Positions 1 through 13,817 of a stretch of 64,000 nt of DNA are shown here, piece by piece. The DNA comes from Hydrolagus colliei (Eukaryota). Both the position numbers and the translations under genes were made by a program. How positions within the stretch are numbered: position 1 is the first letter of the stretch; each line of letters opens with the position of its first letter. The stretch spans positions 13,578,001 through 13,642,000 of the forward strand of contig CM068748.1 of NCBI GenBank assembly GCA_035084275.1. Direction: 5' to 3'. The notes beneath the pieces were generated by a model. It was not told the origin of the DNA. It did no database searches and saw only the letters and a list, made by a program, of their open reading frames with translations.

Positions 1-1133
1 GAGTTTTTGGAAAAATGCTTGCAAGGGTTCAAATATAAGCTATATTTCAATGCTTGCAACAGTGTTTTTCTGAGTGTTATACTCTTTCTCTGGTCCTCTC
101 CTAACAGTATTAACTGTCAGCTAGTTTAAGAAACGATGTAAACTGATTATGATTTGCCCAGTGTAGCCTTTCTAAGTTTGGCACAAACTATCAAACATAT
201 TTCTCAGTAAAATTATCTTGCAGGAGTTTACATAAAACATGCACCACAAAGTTTAGAACCTATCAACTTATCATATTTACTTTTCTTTCCACTTTCCTGA
301 AAAAACAGATATATGATTACATATTACATCAGAGGTGGGATAAATTAGAAATATAACATTTCCTGATGAGTAGAACAATATCGAGCATCAACAGATTTAA
401 ATGTTCTAAATTTCCACGGGGAGAAAATGAGGGATTTCTTCCTGTTATGAAAGGAGACTTATTTCTGTCAGTTTCATCTGCATGATCATTTTGCTGAGAT
501 CTTCAACACTGACCTTTCACTTTATGTTAATTAGACTAAGCAATTAGGATAATGCCGGTTTGCTGAATGTCTCTCCTATTGTAGAACATAATGGAACTGA
601 TTCTTTCCCCTATTTATATTGCAATCAATGTTCTTTTTGCATGCTTAAAATACAGTTCATTTTGCAGACTGCGTTAAATGCATTTTCGCTATCTGGCTGC
701 ATGTTTGCAGGTTGAAACTCTTGTGTTTTTAATAGGAATCTAAGAAGCATCGATAAATCCTGCATCTGTAATCAAGAATACACATATGTATTTCTTATTA
801 ACACTACCTTTTCAACTGTACAACCTGGATTTAATTGGAAAGAAACCAGGTGGATAGGATCAGTATTGTGTTTGTAGTCCTATTAAGTGACAAAACTACG
901 TGACTGTGTTGAGCTCCAAAATGAATTGCTTGTCGATGGAATATCAGAATTGTGTCCATCCTGTATGGAGGTGTAGGTAGTCTGCTTCCTGAGCTAGGCA
1001 GGTCCACAGTACTCTTTAGGCAATGTTAGTGACAGGTCAGTCAGTCTGGGTTGTCACCAGCATGTAGAGAGTCACACTGATCACTGGGTTCAGGATTCTG
1101 CCCACAAAACACAGACACTTCACTTTACAGTAA

Positions 1134-1338
1134 TAACAACAACAAAATTACATTAACATTACACCTTTCACGTTGGGAGGACGTCCCAAGGCACAGGACA
1201 GTCAGTGTTTCAGACCCGAGCTTGGTGTTGGGATTGGGGAAGGTGGAGGTAAAGGAGAGGATTTGGGGTGACCGATGGGACAGTCGGAAGAGGAGGGTCT
1301 TGACACGGGACTTAAAGAAGACTAGGGAGGGGTCGATA
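1134..1338 (-). mobile_element. LINE2 3' fragment
   Basis: (CAA)n tail plus CCTTTCACGTTGGGAGGACGTCCCAAGG, shared with the 60476 copy. Confidence 0.8.
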
Positions 1339-2517
1339 TCATGTGAAGCACTTTGGGATGTGAAAGACACTGTTCCAAATGTAAGGATGATTACTTTTCC
1401 CATTTGCCTGAGAGAGTACACACTCCATTCCAGACAAAGTGAAATTTCTGTGCACACATGGCATGCATATGTGGAACTCAGTCTGGTTTGGATACTCTTA
1501 AACTTGGAGATACAAAATTGTGCAGTTTGAACTTCATACCTAGTAGGCAGTGTAAAACTACTAATATTTTGGCACTAAGTTTCTCAGAGAGACCATAAGG
1601 ACATCTGATCGGGGTAATCGAAATGCCACACTGATGAAGCAATGGATGCTGAAAGATTGTAGTGTGAGCATAAGAACCACCTTTATGAAGCATCCAAATC
1701 GTATTATGTTATACTGGATGTAAAATAATGGGATCTTCATTTTGATGAGACCCTAAGTCACCACACACCTCCTCACAAAAACTTGTTAAAAATTCCCCCA
1801 AATAAATGTCTGTTTACAAGTGTTTTATTCATGGTGTTTGAGGACCATAGACTCAATGTGTGAGTTTACACCTGAATAATGGATGAAAAGTTTGATTTCA
1901 TTAATAAATTATAGCCCTGTATCTTTATGTTTACATTGCTTCAATTATTCATGATGTGTCCCATCAAGGGTCCACATATGTTTGAGTAATAGTGTGATAT
2001 ATATAATAATAATAATCCTGCATAGACATTGAGTGCTTATGTTAGAGAAAAATATAGGTCAGCTCATATTTGAGCCTTCTCCATGTGCTTCATAGAAACT
2101 CCATCTCACAGGTGATTCGTCTTAGCCTTAAGTTAGGTTAAATTGAAGAACTCCATTGATGCTCTGTAACTTCAAGCCCCATGGAGGGAGTAGCATATCC
2201 TTATTGAAGTTGAATTCAGTGCATAAGGAAATGAGAGAGCAAAGCTAAATAATATTGCTTTGGCACTTTGTGTTGATGCAGCAAAAGTATGCTTACTAAA
2301 ACTAAAGATGGCAAATCTTATGCTGTGCATCTTGCTTATTGAGTATTCTGTTCTGTATAGGCATACGTTTTTTTGTTTTTTTTGGCTGTGAATATGCTTC
2401 CAAGCAGATGACTTCAATGGCATGTGAGAAGTGCCTTTGATTTTGTTAGTCTGATACTAATCCTCTTATTTGTGTCTCTCCTTTACTTTTGCATGCTGTT
2501 TGCTGTGACTGGCGCAG

Positions 2518-2544
2518 GGTCTAAAGGGGGAACCTGGTGAAAAG
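2518..2544 (+). CDS. COL13A1: COL1 exon, GLKGEPGEK (27 nt)
   Basis: ggcgcag|GGT...AAG|gtgagt. Confidence 0.9.
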
Positions 2545-2899
2545 GTGAGTCACTAAAAGGAAAGGGAAGCTTCCCCATATAAGCAATATTTTTATGACAC
2601 GTTAATTAATACAAAGTCTACTTGCTGGCTGCTTCAAAATCGCAGGTGTGTTCGGAAGACCAATTCACTTGCAAATGCCATTTCCAACTGCAGTAGTAGG
2701 GAATGATGAGTGGTGGCTTAAGATGGTAGCTTTTGTTCTGGAAACTCTTTTCGTTCCCCTTCCCTTCTCCCCATTTTTTCAACCATGGCACATAGTCACA
2801 TTAGTAACCCTGTTATATCACTCACTGTTAGTCTGTTAGGCCATCAGAAGCATGATGTTTACTATGAATGATTTTGGGTAGCACCACCACACACACATG

Positions 2900-3090
2900 C
2901 CACCACAACCCCTTTATTCCTTTCTTCCTCTTGTATACATTGAGTATCCTTTTGAATGCATTGATATGTTCTGCTTCAACAACAGCTTCTAGTAGTGAGT
3001 TCACCATTCTTCCCCCTCTCCCGAGTAAAAGGTTCCTCCTCAACACCCTTTCGGATCTGTTGGTGGCTGTCTTATATTTCTGGGCCCACT
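2900..3090 (-). mobile_element. CR1 LINE 3' ORF2 fragment
   Basis: Translates NSLLEAVVEAEHINAFKRIL (CR1 WN.LP..VVEA..FK..LD motif). Confidence 0.7.
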
Positions 3091-6000
3091 CAATTTCCTT
3101 ATTTTATTTCTCCAGTTTTTAGTGTTTTTAATGCCGTTTTTTAGAAACTGGCTAGAATTGTTGAACTACTCAAATTTAAATGGATTTGATGATGTAAGTA
3201 TTCCAACGAACATCCTTACAAATCAAGTCAAAAGTCCTTAAATAGCTGTCATCTACACTCACAACTGCTGCCAGCCTTAAAACTTATTCCAAACCTAAAT
3301 AAAATTAGATAAAATATAAATGTCAGATTCAATTTCTATTTTGGAAAATTACTCTTGGGATTCAGTTAATGTGGATTTGACTCCAAGCTGCCAATTTGAT
3401 TACATTTGTTCATTTGTCCGGTATTGTTTAAAGATAATGTCATAACAATTTATCAGTTCTGATCATTTTGCCAAGTATTAAACCATATTAGAGAAGAAGA
3501 TTAGGAGTATAACCAAATATCTTATTGTTTATAAACGATGTGAATATTGTGCATTGTCCAGCTTTGCTTAGGCTAGCGCTCAATGGAGTAATTAAGCCTT
3601 GAAGATTTATTTACTCATCAAAACATTACAATACAAACTACATTACAAGCTGATAAACTGTATGGAAAAATAGCTTTCACGTCTGACTACTTGAATCTGT
3701 CTATTGGTGTGGGCAAAAGGGTTATTTTGTTTTAATGATTTCCCTGGAATAAGTTTTAGGTAAGAGTTTTATAAAATGAACATTTATATTCATGCACAGT
3801 CTGGCTTGAAATCTATGTTCAGAAAGAGGCTCAGTAGTTAAAGGTAAAATAACCAATTATAAATCTTATAATTTTGTTCATGAACTGGTTAAAAATTATA
3901 GCTACTTTACATACACTGCATAAAGATCCATTTCTCATACTGAACGATGTATTTTAAGCATTATTAAATACTACCCAGCAAACTACCAGATGTACAGGCC
4001 AGCACTGTGAGAAATACATAGGTGAATATTATGTGTGGTAAGTAGAGTAGCGGGGAGGAGATTTTCCTGGGAATGGAATTGCTGTTTTTTTTCACACTTT
4101 CCTGTCTTTGTATCTTATATAAACCCCTGCATCTATACACTGTACTACCACTTACATGGCCAAATAGATTAAATATTTGTTTCTCACCAGAGCAAAAATA
4201 TCACAATGTTTTGCCTTTAAGAGACCACAAGGTAACTTTGAAACTACAGTACAGTACAGTAGAGTACAATGAAATCTGTATATTTGTTTCCATTCACACT
4301 ACCATTCACACTACCATGTATAAACACCCCTGCAAATGTAAATTTGTTCAGACAAAGATAGTGATGTTGCCACCGATGAGGCCCACTGGACCTTTTAGTT
4401 TACAGACTACTCCCAATGGTTGAGGATGTGACTATGTTGCATGGAGTGACTGCACTATCCAGAACAGAACAATACCCGGTTTGATTTTTGTTTGTGCTGG
4501 GTTACCTGACCTCAACTGTGGCAGCTCATTATTCCCATCTCAGGGAAGGGGTACAAATCAGGCTGGTTTTAGGGTCTTGACTGGAGTCTGTCAACTCCTG
4601 CTGCCGTATGTACAACATGTGTGGAAGCCAAGTTAGGAAAATAGCTGCCTCTAATGAGGTTCTGATGAGTCTGCTGACTTGACACTCCAGGTTTGTACAC
4701 AAAGAAAAGACACCTGTGTAATTTTGGGGCAATGACAAGAAGAAGAAAAAATAGGGAAATTGAAGTTGATAACTGAATTGCTATTCGATAACTTTTAAGA
4801 CAAATTGTTGCAAAGGTGCTGTCCTTGATTGTTGTCATTTCATACAGTATATTTGACTACTCAAAAACCATGACAGCACCTTGATCTTTAAATTCAAATG
4901 CTGCTGCTTCTTTTACGATTTCCAGCATTCTCTCCCTCTCTCTCTCACCACCCCTCTCTTTGCCCCTTCACCCCCCCACCCATCCCACCCCAGTAGCAAA
5001 ACCGGTATCCATCTCTTGCACCTTATTTTTGAATAGTTTAAAAATCTGTGCTCTGGTTTCTTGCTTAGGAACTGGATTGTCTACAGCATATGTGAAATGC
5101 ATTGGCAAAATGAGTCATAATTGTTTTTAACCTTGCTGGAAAGGTTCTGGAAATGTACTTATGTACTGTGCAAGCTACACACATAGGCAGTGGTTTCCTA
5201 AACACCAGACCCATATAATTCCTATTCATTTTGAAAATGGCCCACGATGGAGTAAAAGTGTTATTTAGAGGTTAACCAACTTACAGAGGTTTATATCTGG
5301 CCTATTTAATTCCAATCGACAGTAGCACTGGTGTGACGCTGGGTGCATTCCATATTGAATAATCTTTTTTTAATCCCCACATAATTTTTTCTTAGAAACA
5401 GCACTGCTATTTGATTTAATGCTTTTCATGGGAACAGAAAGAAAACATTAAGAAAAATGGAATTGGCAAAAAGATGTACAGTTGTTACTGCTATAAATGT
5501 AGAATCCTCATTGGGAAACAAAAAAAACAATGGAGAGTCACCTGCTGTCATACCCATTTACTTTGCAGCTGGTCACAGAACACCATATTTGGATTCTCTA
5601 CAGCCACTTGTATACCAAATTACAATATGGAGCTGGGGAGGACATCATGTAGCTGTCAAGAGCATTAGCGAAAGGACAGATGGGTGATAACTAGAGAGTT
5701 TGGAGGGGTCGAGAGTGTTTTTTTTAGGAATGAAAGGAGCTTTGAAAGAGGGTTCTCTACCAGTGCATAGAGAAGGTTGATAAAGTGCAACTTTTATCAA
5801 GAAGCAAGAAGCAAAAGACATTCCAGCATTACTGATTTCAGTAAATTACATCAACCTGACCTATTGGATCTGTTCATTGGCTGCAAAAATCTATAGGCAA
5901 AGTGTTGTCTGGTGGTTTTATAAATATCTTCAGAGTATACCTAGAGTCTGTCTAACTTGCATGGTCTATCAAACTATTGTTGGTTAAGATGGGTAGATTT

Positions 6001-6352
6001 GGCACTCTGTCTCAGTTAGAAAACCCACTGTGTCCAATATGTAACTGAGCCAAATAGATTTGATCATTTCCACGTTTGATCCACTGACTTTGCTGGTCTC
6101 AATTGGGCCAGCAGTAAGTGCTGATTGGTCTCAGCATCCTGATGGGAATGTGAACTCAGACCTCGTGAATGTAACCCTGTGATCCCTACTGATAAGTACA
6201 GGTGTGTGGACATCAGATTTAGGACCAAGTGCAGCTCAGCTGTGTTATTCCCAATAATCAAATGGCCCGTCAATGCCGACTGCTAAACGTGCGTGTAAAG
6301 GAAAGCCACCTGTGTGGTACGCTGGGGGAAGCCTGTGTAAGTGTAAGCCTTC

Positions 6353-6421
6353 AACAACAGCAAACAACAAAATTACATTTATAGAGCACCTTTCACGTCG
6401 GGAGGATGTCCCAAGGCGCTG
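6353..6421 (-). mobile_element. LINE2 extreme 3' end
   Basis: TTACATTTATAGAGCACCTTTCACGTCGGGAGGATGTCCCAAGGCGCT. Confidence 0.8.
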
Positions 6422-6589
6422 GAAGAGATGGGAGGAATATTTGAAGGAAAGAACAAAACAAAAGCAATTAGATGAGTCAATTCAGTTATATAGTTGGTTT
6501 TTGCTGGTAAATATGCAATGCAGGAGAGATTGAGCAAACTACGATTTACTGATGTTTAGACTGTAACAATCTGCCTGCTTTTTCTTTAG

Positions 6590-6640
6590 GGAGCTCCAGG
6601 AGATCCAGGCATCTCTATTATTGGACCTCGTGGCCCTCCA
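6590..6640 (+). CDS. COL13A1: COL1 exon, GAPGDPGISIIGPRGPP (51 nt, contains helix interruption)
   Basis: ttctttag|GGA...CCA|gtaagt. Confidence 0.95.
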
Positions 6641-8086
6641 GTAAGTCTCTCTTAACCTATTAAAATTCCTTGTTAATTGTGCATTTGACAATGACATATT
6701 ACAATATCCACCAATTAAAAAAAATACATATTGTTTGTTATATTGAAGAAATGTGATCACTCACTGGATTCTGCATTGTATTGTAATTCTCCCACCAACA
6801 CCACCATCATGTTTATTTCTTCCCACTCCAGATTACTGGTTGTATGATTGAAGACATTCTTAAACATTATATTCCACAAATAAAGCACCAATTTTAGGAT
6901 GACTTTATGTCTGTGTGCATAATGTGATTCAAAGCATTTTATACCTGTAGTTGAGTTTCTTAAATCTGTGAGAATTGCTAAATGTATTCATGCTCTTTAA
7001 AGTGTTATTGAAAGCTACATGTTAGCAGTGCCCAGAAGAACAAAAATCCTGTCTAGTTTTATACAAATGATTGGGGGGGTATTTAATTTTGATGGATGTT
7101 TGTAATTTCCTTTTTGATCAGAGCATAAAGAATTGATTTTATTTGCAGAGATTTTCACTCCTCCTCGAGTTTAAGTCAGGGCTGAAGAAGTGGGATTGCG
7201 CAATTTTAAGCATCTGTTTTTCCAATTAGTCCTCAAAAGCCATATAATAAACCATTACTAATGAGGAACAGATTGGGAGCCAGTTCCATGCTCCCACATT
7301 TTTGGTTTGACAAATGAAGAACAAATAACAGCCCCTTTTGTCTTCAAGGGAAGCTACTGTTTCAGAAGCCTTAATTAAAATGATTTTGACCTATCTTCAG
7401 TCATTGTGGGCAGCTAGAGAAAGCTGGCTGTACAGCCAAGCAATGTCTGGCACCATTGCCAAAGTATTGACTGAAATGCAGGAAAGTCAAGAAAATTGCC
7501 TCCGGTATTACATTCTTTAAATGCTGCTGCTGTAAAAAAATATAATCCTGTGTGAAAATAATTATATTTGAAGTCTCTGCAAAGTACTGTGGAAATCAAA
7601 GTGGCATTTGTGTTTGAATTCAACAGCCACCCCATTTCAGGGTTAGGCCTAATCTCCATCTGTTTCCTCGCTCTTGCTAGAAGTTTAGTGCTGCACTGAG
7701 CAAATATATCTGCTGTGTAGCTGAACCAAATGGATCGGAAAAAGAAATCCAATTACTGCACTGAATGATACAAATTCAGCTGAGGAGGAATATAGTTGGC
7801 TTCAGTGCCTCAGGATAGGGTGTGGAATGTTCCAGCCCCTGATACTGTCTAGTGGCTCTTCCTAAAGGTGACAGAATCAGCCCTGCCGCTAATTCCTGCA
7901 TCCTCTCTGTCTAGATCCACTTTTGATAAGGTACTGCAGGGCGCCCACTACCTACCAACAATATATATTTCCACCCCACTTTGAGATGGCATAAATATAA
8001 CATTTTGTGACCTAATGTTAGAGAATCTAACACGACGTCCGAATGCTGGTTTGCATGGTTTCACTGCATCTCCTATACCACCACCA

Positions 8087-8360
8087 CCAACAACAACAAC
8101 TTTGATTTATATAGTGCCCTCCATGCCGAATAGCGTCTCAGAGCGCTTCACAATAACAGATCCCAGGACCGAACCAGGGGCAAGGGTAGAAAGGTGGCCA
8201 AAGGCACGGTCGAAAAGAAAGATCCTCATAATATCTCCGACCTTAATCATAGTATGATGGGACGGAACGCATCGAAGGTCATTGCGATGGATGGGCTCTG
8301 AGAAAGTGCCTGAAGTAACAAGGAGGGCAGCAATTTGATGGGGGGATGTGGGCGGGTAGG
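8087..8360 (-). mobile_element. LINE2 3' fragment, second subfamily
   Basis: (CAA)n-CTTTGATTTATATAGTGCCC tail; GGCACGGTCGAAAAGAAAGATC similar to the 60476 copy; right end approximate. Confidence 0.65.
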
Positions 8361-9577
8361 CAGATAAATGCAATTTGTGAAATAAAACTATTCCTTATAT
8401 TCAGACTTTACACAATTTAGTTTGGGGAGCACTTTTACTCAACTAAGCTGTTTTTGAAAGTGTAGTTTAATTTTACCGTGATGTCCGTCTATTCATTTGA
8501 AATGACTCATTTTTTGCTTGTAAGTAGCTGCATATTTTGCAAGAACATTCATAATTTGTTCACTCCACTTTGTGGTGTCTTTATAGAACAATCTTCAGAG
8601 AGGTTTTCCAACTATGAAAGAGCTATACCGAACCCTCAAATGCATCTGCCATTTGTTGAATCAGAGGAATGCAGTAAAATATTGTAAACCACGGCAGATG
8701 ATTCTAGATGCTTTAGTTTAACTCAATATTGTTGAAAATGACATGCCCTTCTCAACTGACAAATCCTGGAGCGTCTGCATCAAATTCAAGCACTTGGCTA
8801 TCTGTCATCCACATGTTTCACCAGCAAGGATGGATTAAAGCGGAATATATTTAAACTACTATCATTTCATGAAGTGGCTGTATGTTAAAAGAAAAGTAGC
8901 TGACTTTTCTAAGATAATTGTGAGAAATCTGTGAAATCATCACCTTCTAAATGGGTGTCTACTCCCAACTGCTGTAAGTCAGCCTTCTGAGAATAGTAGT
9001 AGACGTTGCGGGAAATAAAAAATTATTATTCTTTTCTGTTAATTAGAGGGAGCTGCTGACAATGGGGGTCAATTTATTGGCACATTTGGTATTTATCAGA
9101 TTCAATGTGCTGCAAACAGAGATGGACACACACTCCTACTCCAACGCCGTTGTCAATGGTGACATCGCTGAAATCAGGTCCCAACATTAATCTCACAGAT
9201 AAAATTAGCCAATTCACTTCAAGGCTACATTCATCTACAAAATACACAATGATGCTACATCATATAAAAGCAGTACTATTATCCTGACGTTTGACCCCCT
9301 GACAGAGTGCTACTGGTATTCCAAGCTTTTTTTTTTAATTTAAAAAGCTGGTATTCCACCTCTTTGGCCTCTCCAATTAACAAATATTGACCAACTAATT
9401 GAGAGAGGAAGAAGTTAGATATCTTGTGGAGGTATTTGTTTCACATAAAAATTTAGATTGGAGCAAGGAAATGGGTCCTTAATTTCATATAATTCACAGT
9501 GGAAAAAGCTCTTAAATACAATGTGGAATGGAATGATGCTTTTTGTACCCCCTCATTGTGTCTTTTTCTTTATGCAG

Positions 9578-9613
9578 GGTCAACCAGGAGCTAGAGGCTT
9601 TCCAGGATTTCCG
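9578..9613 (+). CDS. COL13A1: COL1 exon, GQPGARGFPGFP (36 nt)
   Basis: tatgcag|GGT...CCG|gtgtgt. Confidence 0.93.
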
Positions 9614-12600
9614 GTGTGTTGACTGTTTGAGAGACTGCCTGCCATACTTTTTCTTCAAAGTTGTATTTACGAGCCATTCCATCAAAGTTGCCTATGAATA
9701 TTCTACCTTATTTATTTTACAAATTGTATTCTAATAAGGCTATGTTAGTTTCTGAACGAAAGAATGTATGCCACAGAAGATCTATTTATATACAATACAT
9801 ATCTTTTGATCACTTATGTGGCTGTGAATTCTGAAATCAGTTAATTGTGCTCCAAACTATTTAAATTTTTGGCTGTGAAGCGAGCCATTTATCTGCTCAT
9901 GATCTACATATTCGTTAGCAAAGAATTGCCATTGGCAGAAACATTCTCATTTTCATGAATACAATTAATTGACAAAGTAGTTTTCAACATTGTTGACATC
10001 AATTCTAATATGTTGCTCCTCAACAAGAACAAATATTTTTATTTTGTAAAATTATAATGTGCTTTGTTTGAAAGGAATAGATTTTTTGTAAAGACTTGTT
10101 TTAGTCAAACACAAGGCATATTGCACTATTCAAAATGATATGGTAGAATGTTAAAACTACTGCCTGAATACTTTTATAAAAGTAGAAATAATTTCTGATG
10201 GCTTGCTTTTGATATGTCTTGTAATCTTTGCTGGAATTGCTGTGACGTTGGACTAACTCCTGAATGAAAATATGAGATTTTGCCATTCTGTCCTATTAAA
10301 GTAATTTGTGATAGCTGTTTACAGCACAGAAGTCTATTCGGCTTGTTGAGCTTGTGCTGGTGATGTGCCATTCCTAAGTGTTTAAATTGCCAAGATTTGG
10401 GTTCTAACAAAAGGTTTGCCATTTATAGCGAGGGATATAATAGCCACTCAATAGGAAAATATTCAGAAATGAATATTGAGTATGGAATTCACTCCATTCA
10501 TGAGGGCATGACTCTCAATGTCACATGTGTTGCATTTAGTTTCTACAAATGATATACTTCAATGATTTTACTGTCCTGAAATGTTTTTGAGGCATATTTT
10601 GCTTTAACTTTTTTTTATAAGGTTAAAATAGTAGTTGCATTTTAACTCTGATGCCTTCAGGAAGAATTTGCTTCCAGCAGTGAAAATACATTGAAGAAAC
10701 TCAATTAGTTTTGTTGATCAGCACTACTTATTATTGCTTCATTCTACAATCATTGTTGTGATTTTTAACTCCCAATTTGATTCAATGTGATGTTTTATTT
10801 TCAGTGAAAACTATTACAGTTTAGTGGAGTGAAGTAAACATTGTGATGTTTATGGGCAGTGACAACATTACAGTCATTGATCCGTCAATATGAATGTTAG
10901 AACAAATCAACAAAATGGTGCCCACTGGCATTCTTAACATCAATAGCCCCTATGAACGCCGTAACTGACCCCAAACAATAAAACAACCCATTAAACCGAA
11001 TGGTATAAGCCCCCTTGAATGATTTCAAGATGGAAATCCATTCTCAGCATTTAAATGATGTTTTTAAGGTGGTTCAGTTAAACTGCTTGATTGTGTTACT
11101 GTCTCCCACGTCATTCCCAGGCTTCTCTTGTTTAATATTTATTTGGTGTCAGGATATAAAATTAGACATCAGCCTTTGTGGGGAAAATAAAACATATTTT
11201 CTAAATTTCCTTTTGAACTACAAACCTGATTTCCTTTTTTTTCTTGTATTTAACACTATTTTAAACTAGGTTTTAATATTATTTATGAGTATTCAGTTAA
11301 GATTAATGGCATTTTAAAGTCCTTGTCTTTACTTCTGAACTCATGAAATGCGATATTGTGACTCATTGACTGTGATGCCTTGCAGCTCCATTGCTATCAG
11401 AAAACTGTCACCTAACATTTGAGTAGACCATTTCTGTGAAGGAATCTTGACTTTCATTTGCAATGCTTCCATGATAGTGTATGGCTTACTGCATAGGGGC
11501 TGTACGGTCTGTTAATCTTAACCGCTTGGGCTGAAAATATAAATGAAACATGAAACTAGCTTTGTGGATGGTTTGTATTGATGATTCAGCTGCAGTGCAG
11601 AATGTGTGCATAACATGTACATACTACAAGTTAATAAAGAGAGTAGAGTGTATATAGTAGTTTCAAAATATTGGGGAGAAATTCCACCTGCATCTAGATT
11701 TACACTTATTTATGCAACCTTTTAAAGTGTTCAGAATTTAGCAAATGGTTCAATTCAGTTATAATCCTCATTTTTCTTTAAGTTCTTGTAAAAACACTGG
11801 CTTCAATTTGAAGGCTATATTTAAGAATTTGCTGAACATTCGGGAATCTTTGAAATACTACATAAATAAAGTAAATCTAGATTTCTGTGGAATTTCTCCC
11901 CAGGGTTTGCAAAATATCTTTGAGTTTTGTTGGTACAGCACAGATTTAACTATGAATGGGTATTGTCTTATTTGATTCTGTGGTCCTGTGAAAACCTGTG
12001 TGTATATATTGGAAAATAAATATGCCTGAATATGTGAGAGAAATGTTTGTATTGATAAACATTGTGAATGTCACACATCCATAAATACAAAAATGGAGCA
12101 ATATTTCCAATATCTTTTATGGTTGCATCTTCTCACAACTAAAGTAAAGCATCAAGTGAATAGAAGTTTTGAAGTGTAAAGTGTAAATTGTCTTATTTGA
12201 TTCTGTGGTCTGAAACCCTCAATTCATAATACTGTCCAAAATTGATCTATTACCATGTAAAACGGTATAAATCCTGATTACTTCAAGCTTTACCAAGCTG
12301 CTTCTTTTTTTAATGAATATGCTGAAATACTATAAAACAATGTGCTTTTACACATCTCACTACCAGCTGATGGGAACCATCCTTTAAAACTGCCATTTAA
12401 CAAATGAGTGGTTACTAATCTGGTGAAATTTCCTGGGGGGATTGTTGCTTCCATGTTTCTATTGTTAACCATTTCATTTCTAAAACCAATAGCTATGTTC
12501 ATTGCTGTTGATACTTATCTGCTGAGAACCCTGCACATCATTTCCTACTAATGTGTTTAATTTTTTAAAAAAACATTTGATATTCTGAATCCATTTATTT

Positions 12601-12638
12601 ACCTGTGGGTATTTATTCTTTCTTAATTTGTTTTGAAG

Positions 12639-12665
12639 GGCCCGATAGGGTTGGATGGCAAAAAC
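12639..12665 (+). CDS. COL13A1: COL1 exon, GPIGLDGKN (27 nt)
   Basis: ttttgaag|GGC...AAC|gtaagt. Confidence 0.93.
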
Positions 12666-13065
12666 GTAAGTATTCTGGCTCTTAATTGTTAGATATTACA
12701 CATGACATTCATTTTACTTTCTCAGTTCCGTTTAACATAACTTATAAGCCTTTCATTTCACTGTGCTAAATCTTCCAAGTGTCATATATTACAGTGATCA
12801 TATTAAATCAAGGTAAAATTACATTAAATACTTATTTAACCCATCAACCAAAAAAAAATTGGTATGTGGCTGGTGCCCATGATTGCTTAACAAATACAGT
12901 TTCATATTATCAAACTTGCATTTAATAAAACACCTTTTAATGTTGTAACAACTCAAATGTAGCAAGTCTTTTCTGTTTCAATTTCTACAAGCTTTTCACA
13001 AGAAAAATATTTTCAAAGATATTGTCATTCAACACTACCTGAATATATTTTTCCTATAATTTCAG

Positions 13066-13092
13066 GGGAAGATGGGTCAAAAAGGTGAAATG
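13066..13092 (+). CDS. COL13A1: COL1 exon, GKMGQKGEM (27 nt)
   Basis: tttcag|GGG...ATG|gtaaga. Confidence 0.92.
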
Positions 13093-13725
13093 GTAAGATC
13101 TGAAAGTCAAATGTGCCATTCTGTTTCACCCTTTTATTGGTCAGCCAAGAATCTGACACACATCGTGCTTAAGAGTATCTTCAGACTGGTGCTGCTGAGA
13201 AAACTTCATGGATATTTCTGTACAGACTAGTGCTGTTTGCAAACTTATGTGATCTGAATTAGAAATATTGTTCCGTTTCAAAATAATTCAGTAAAACTAA
13301 ACTACTGTACAGTAAAAAGATTTACATAAATACTGCGTGACAAGCTCAGGATATTACAAGAATTAAGAATAAAAATTCATTTGTGAAGTTCTGCAGTTTA
13401 TTGATGGAAACATCAGCAATAAATGGAACATTCTGTAATTTCTTGGCTTTCGAAGCAAAACTTTTCAAATTCTTCTGATGTTTGAGGTGATGTAATGCAA
13501 ATTAAATGTTACACTGTTTTTTTCCCCCAAGTAAACCTTTACAGATGCTGTAAACAAAAGTTGCTTTGTTAAAAATAGCAATGTTCCCAAAATGTCCTTG
13601 TTTACAGTCAATCATTACTTATCCGTACAAACATTCTTTGTATATTGGGAGGGGGCAAAACCCTTTGTAGGAAGTAACATTTTTCTGTTTGCTGTAACCA
13701 CTGACTTTAAAAAAATTATTTATAG

Positions 13726-13752
13726 GGTTCACCTGGTTCGAGAGGTGAAAAG
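13726..13752 (+). CDS. COL13A1: COL1 exon, GSPGSRGEK (27 nt)
   Basis: tttatag|GGT...AAG|gtgaga. Confidence 0.9.
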
Positions 13753-13817
13753 GTGAGAACACTTTGCCATTATACTGTATGTACATAATCTGGTAAGACT
13801 ATATATAAAAAACATTA

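Noticed and set aside
535-557. Possible small exon ending ATGCCG|gtttgc
   Set aside because: 23 nt, not a multiple of 3, no Gly-X-Y pattern.
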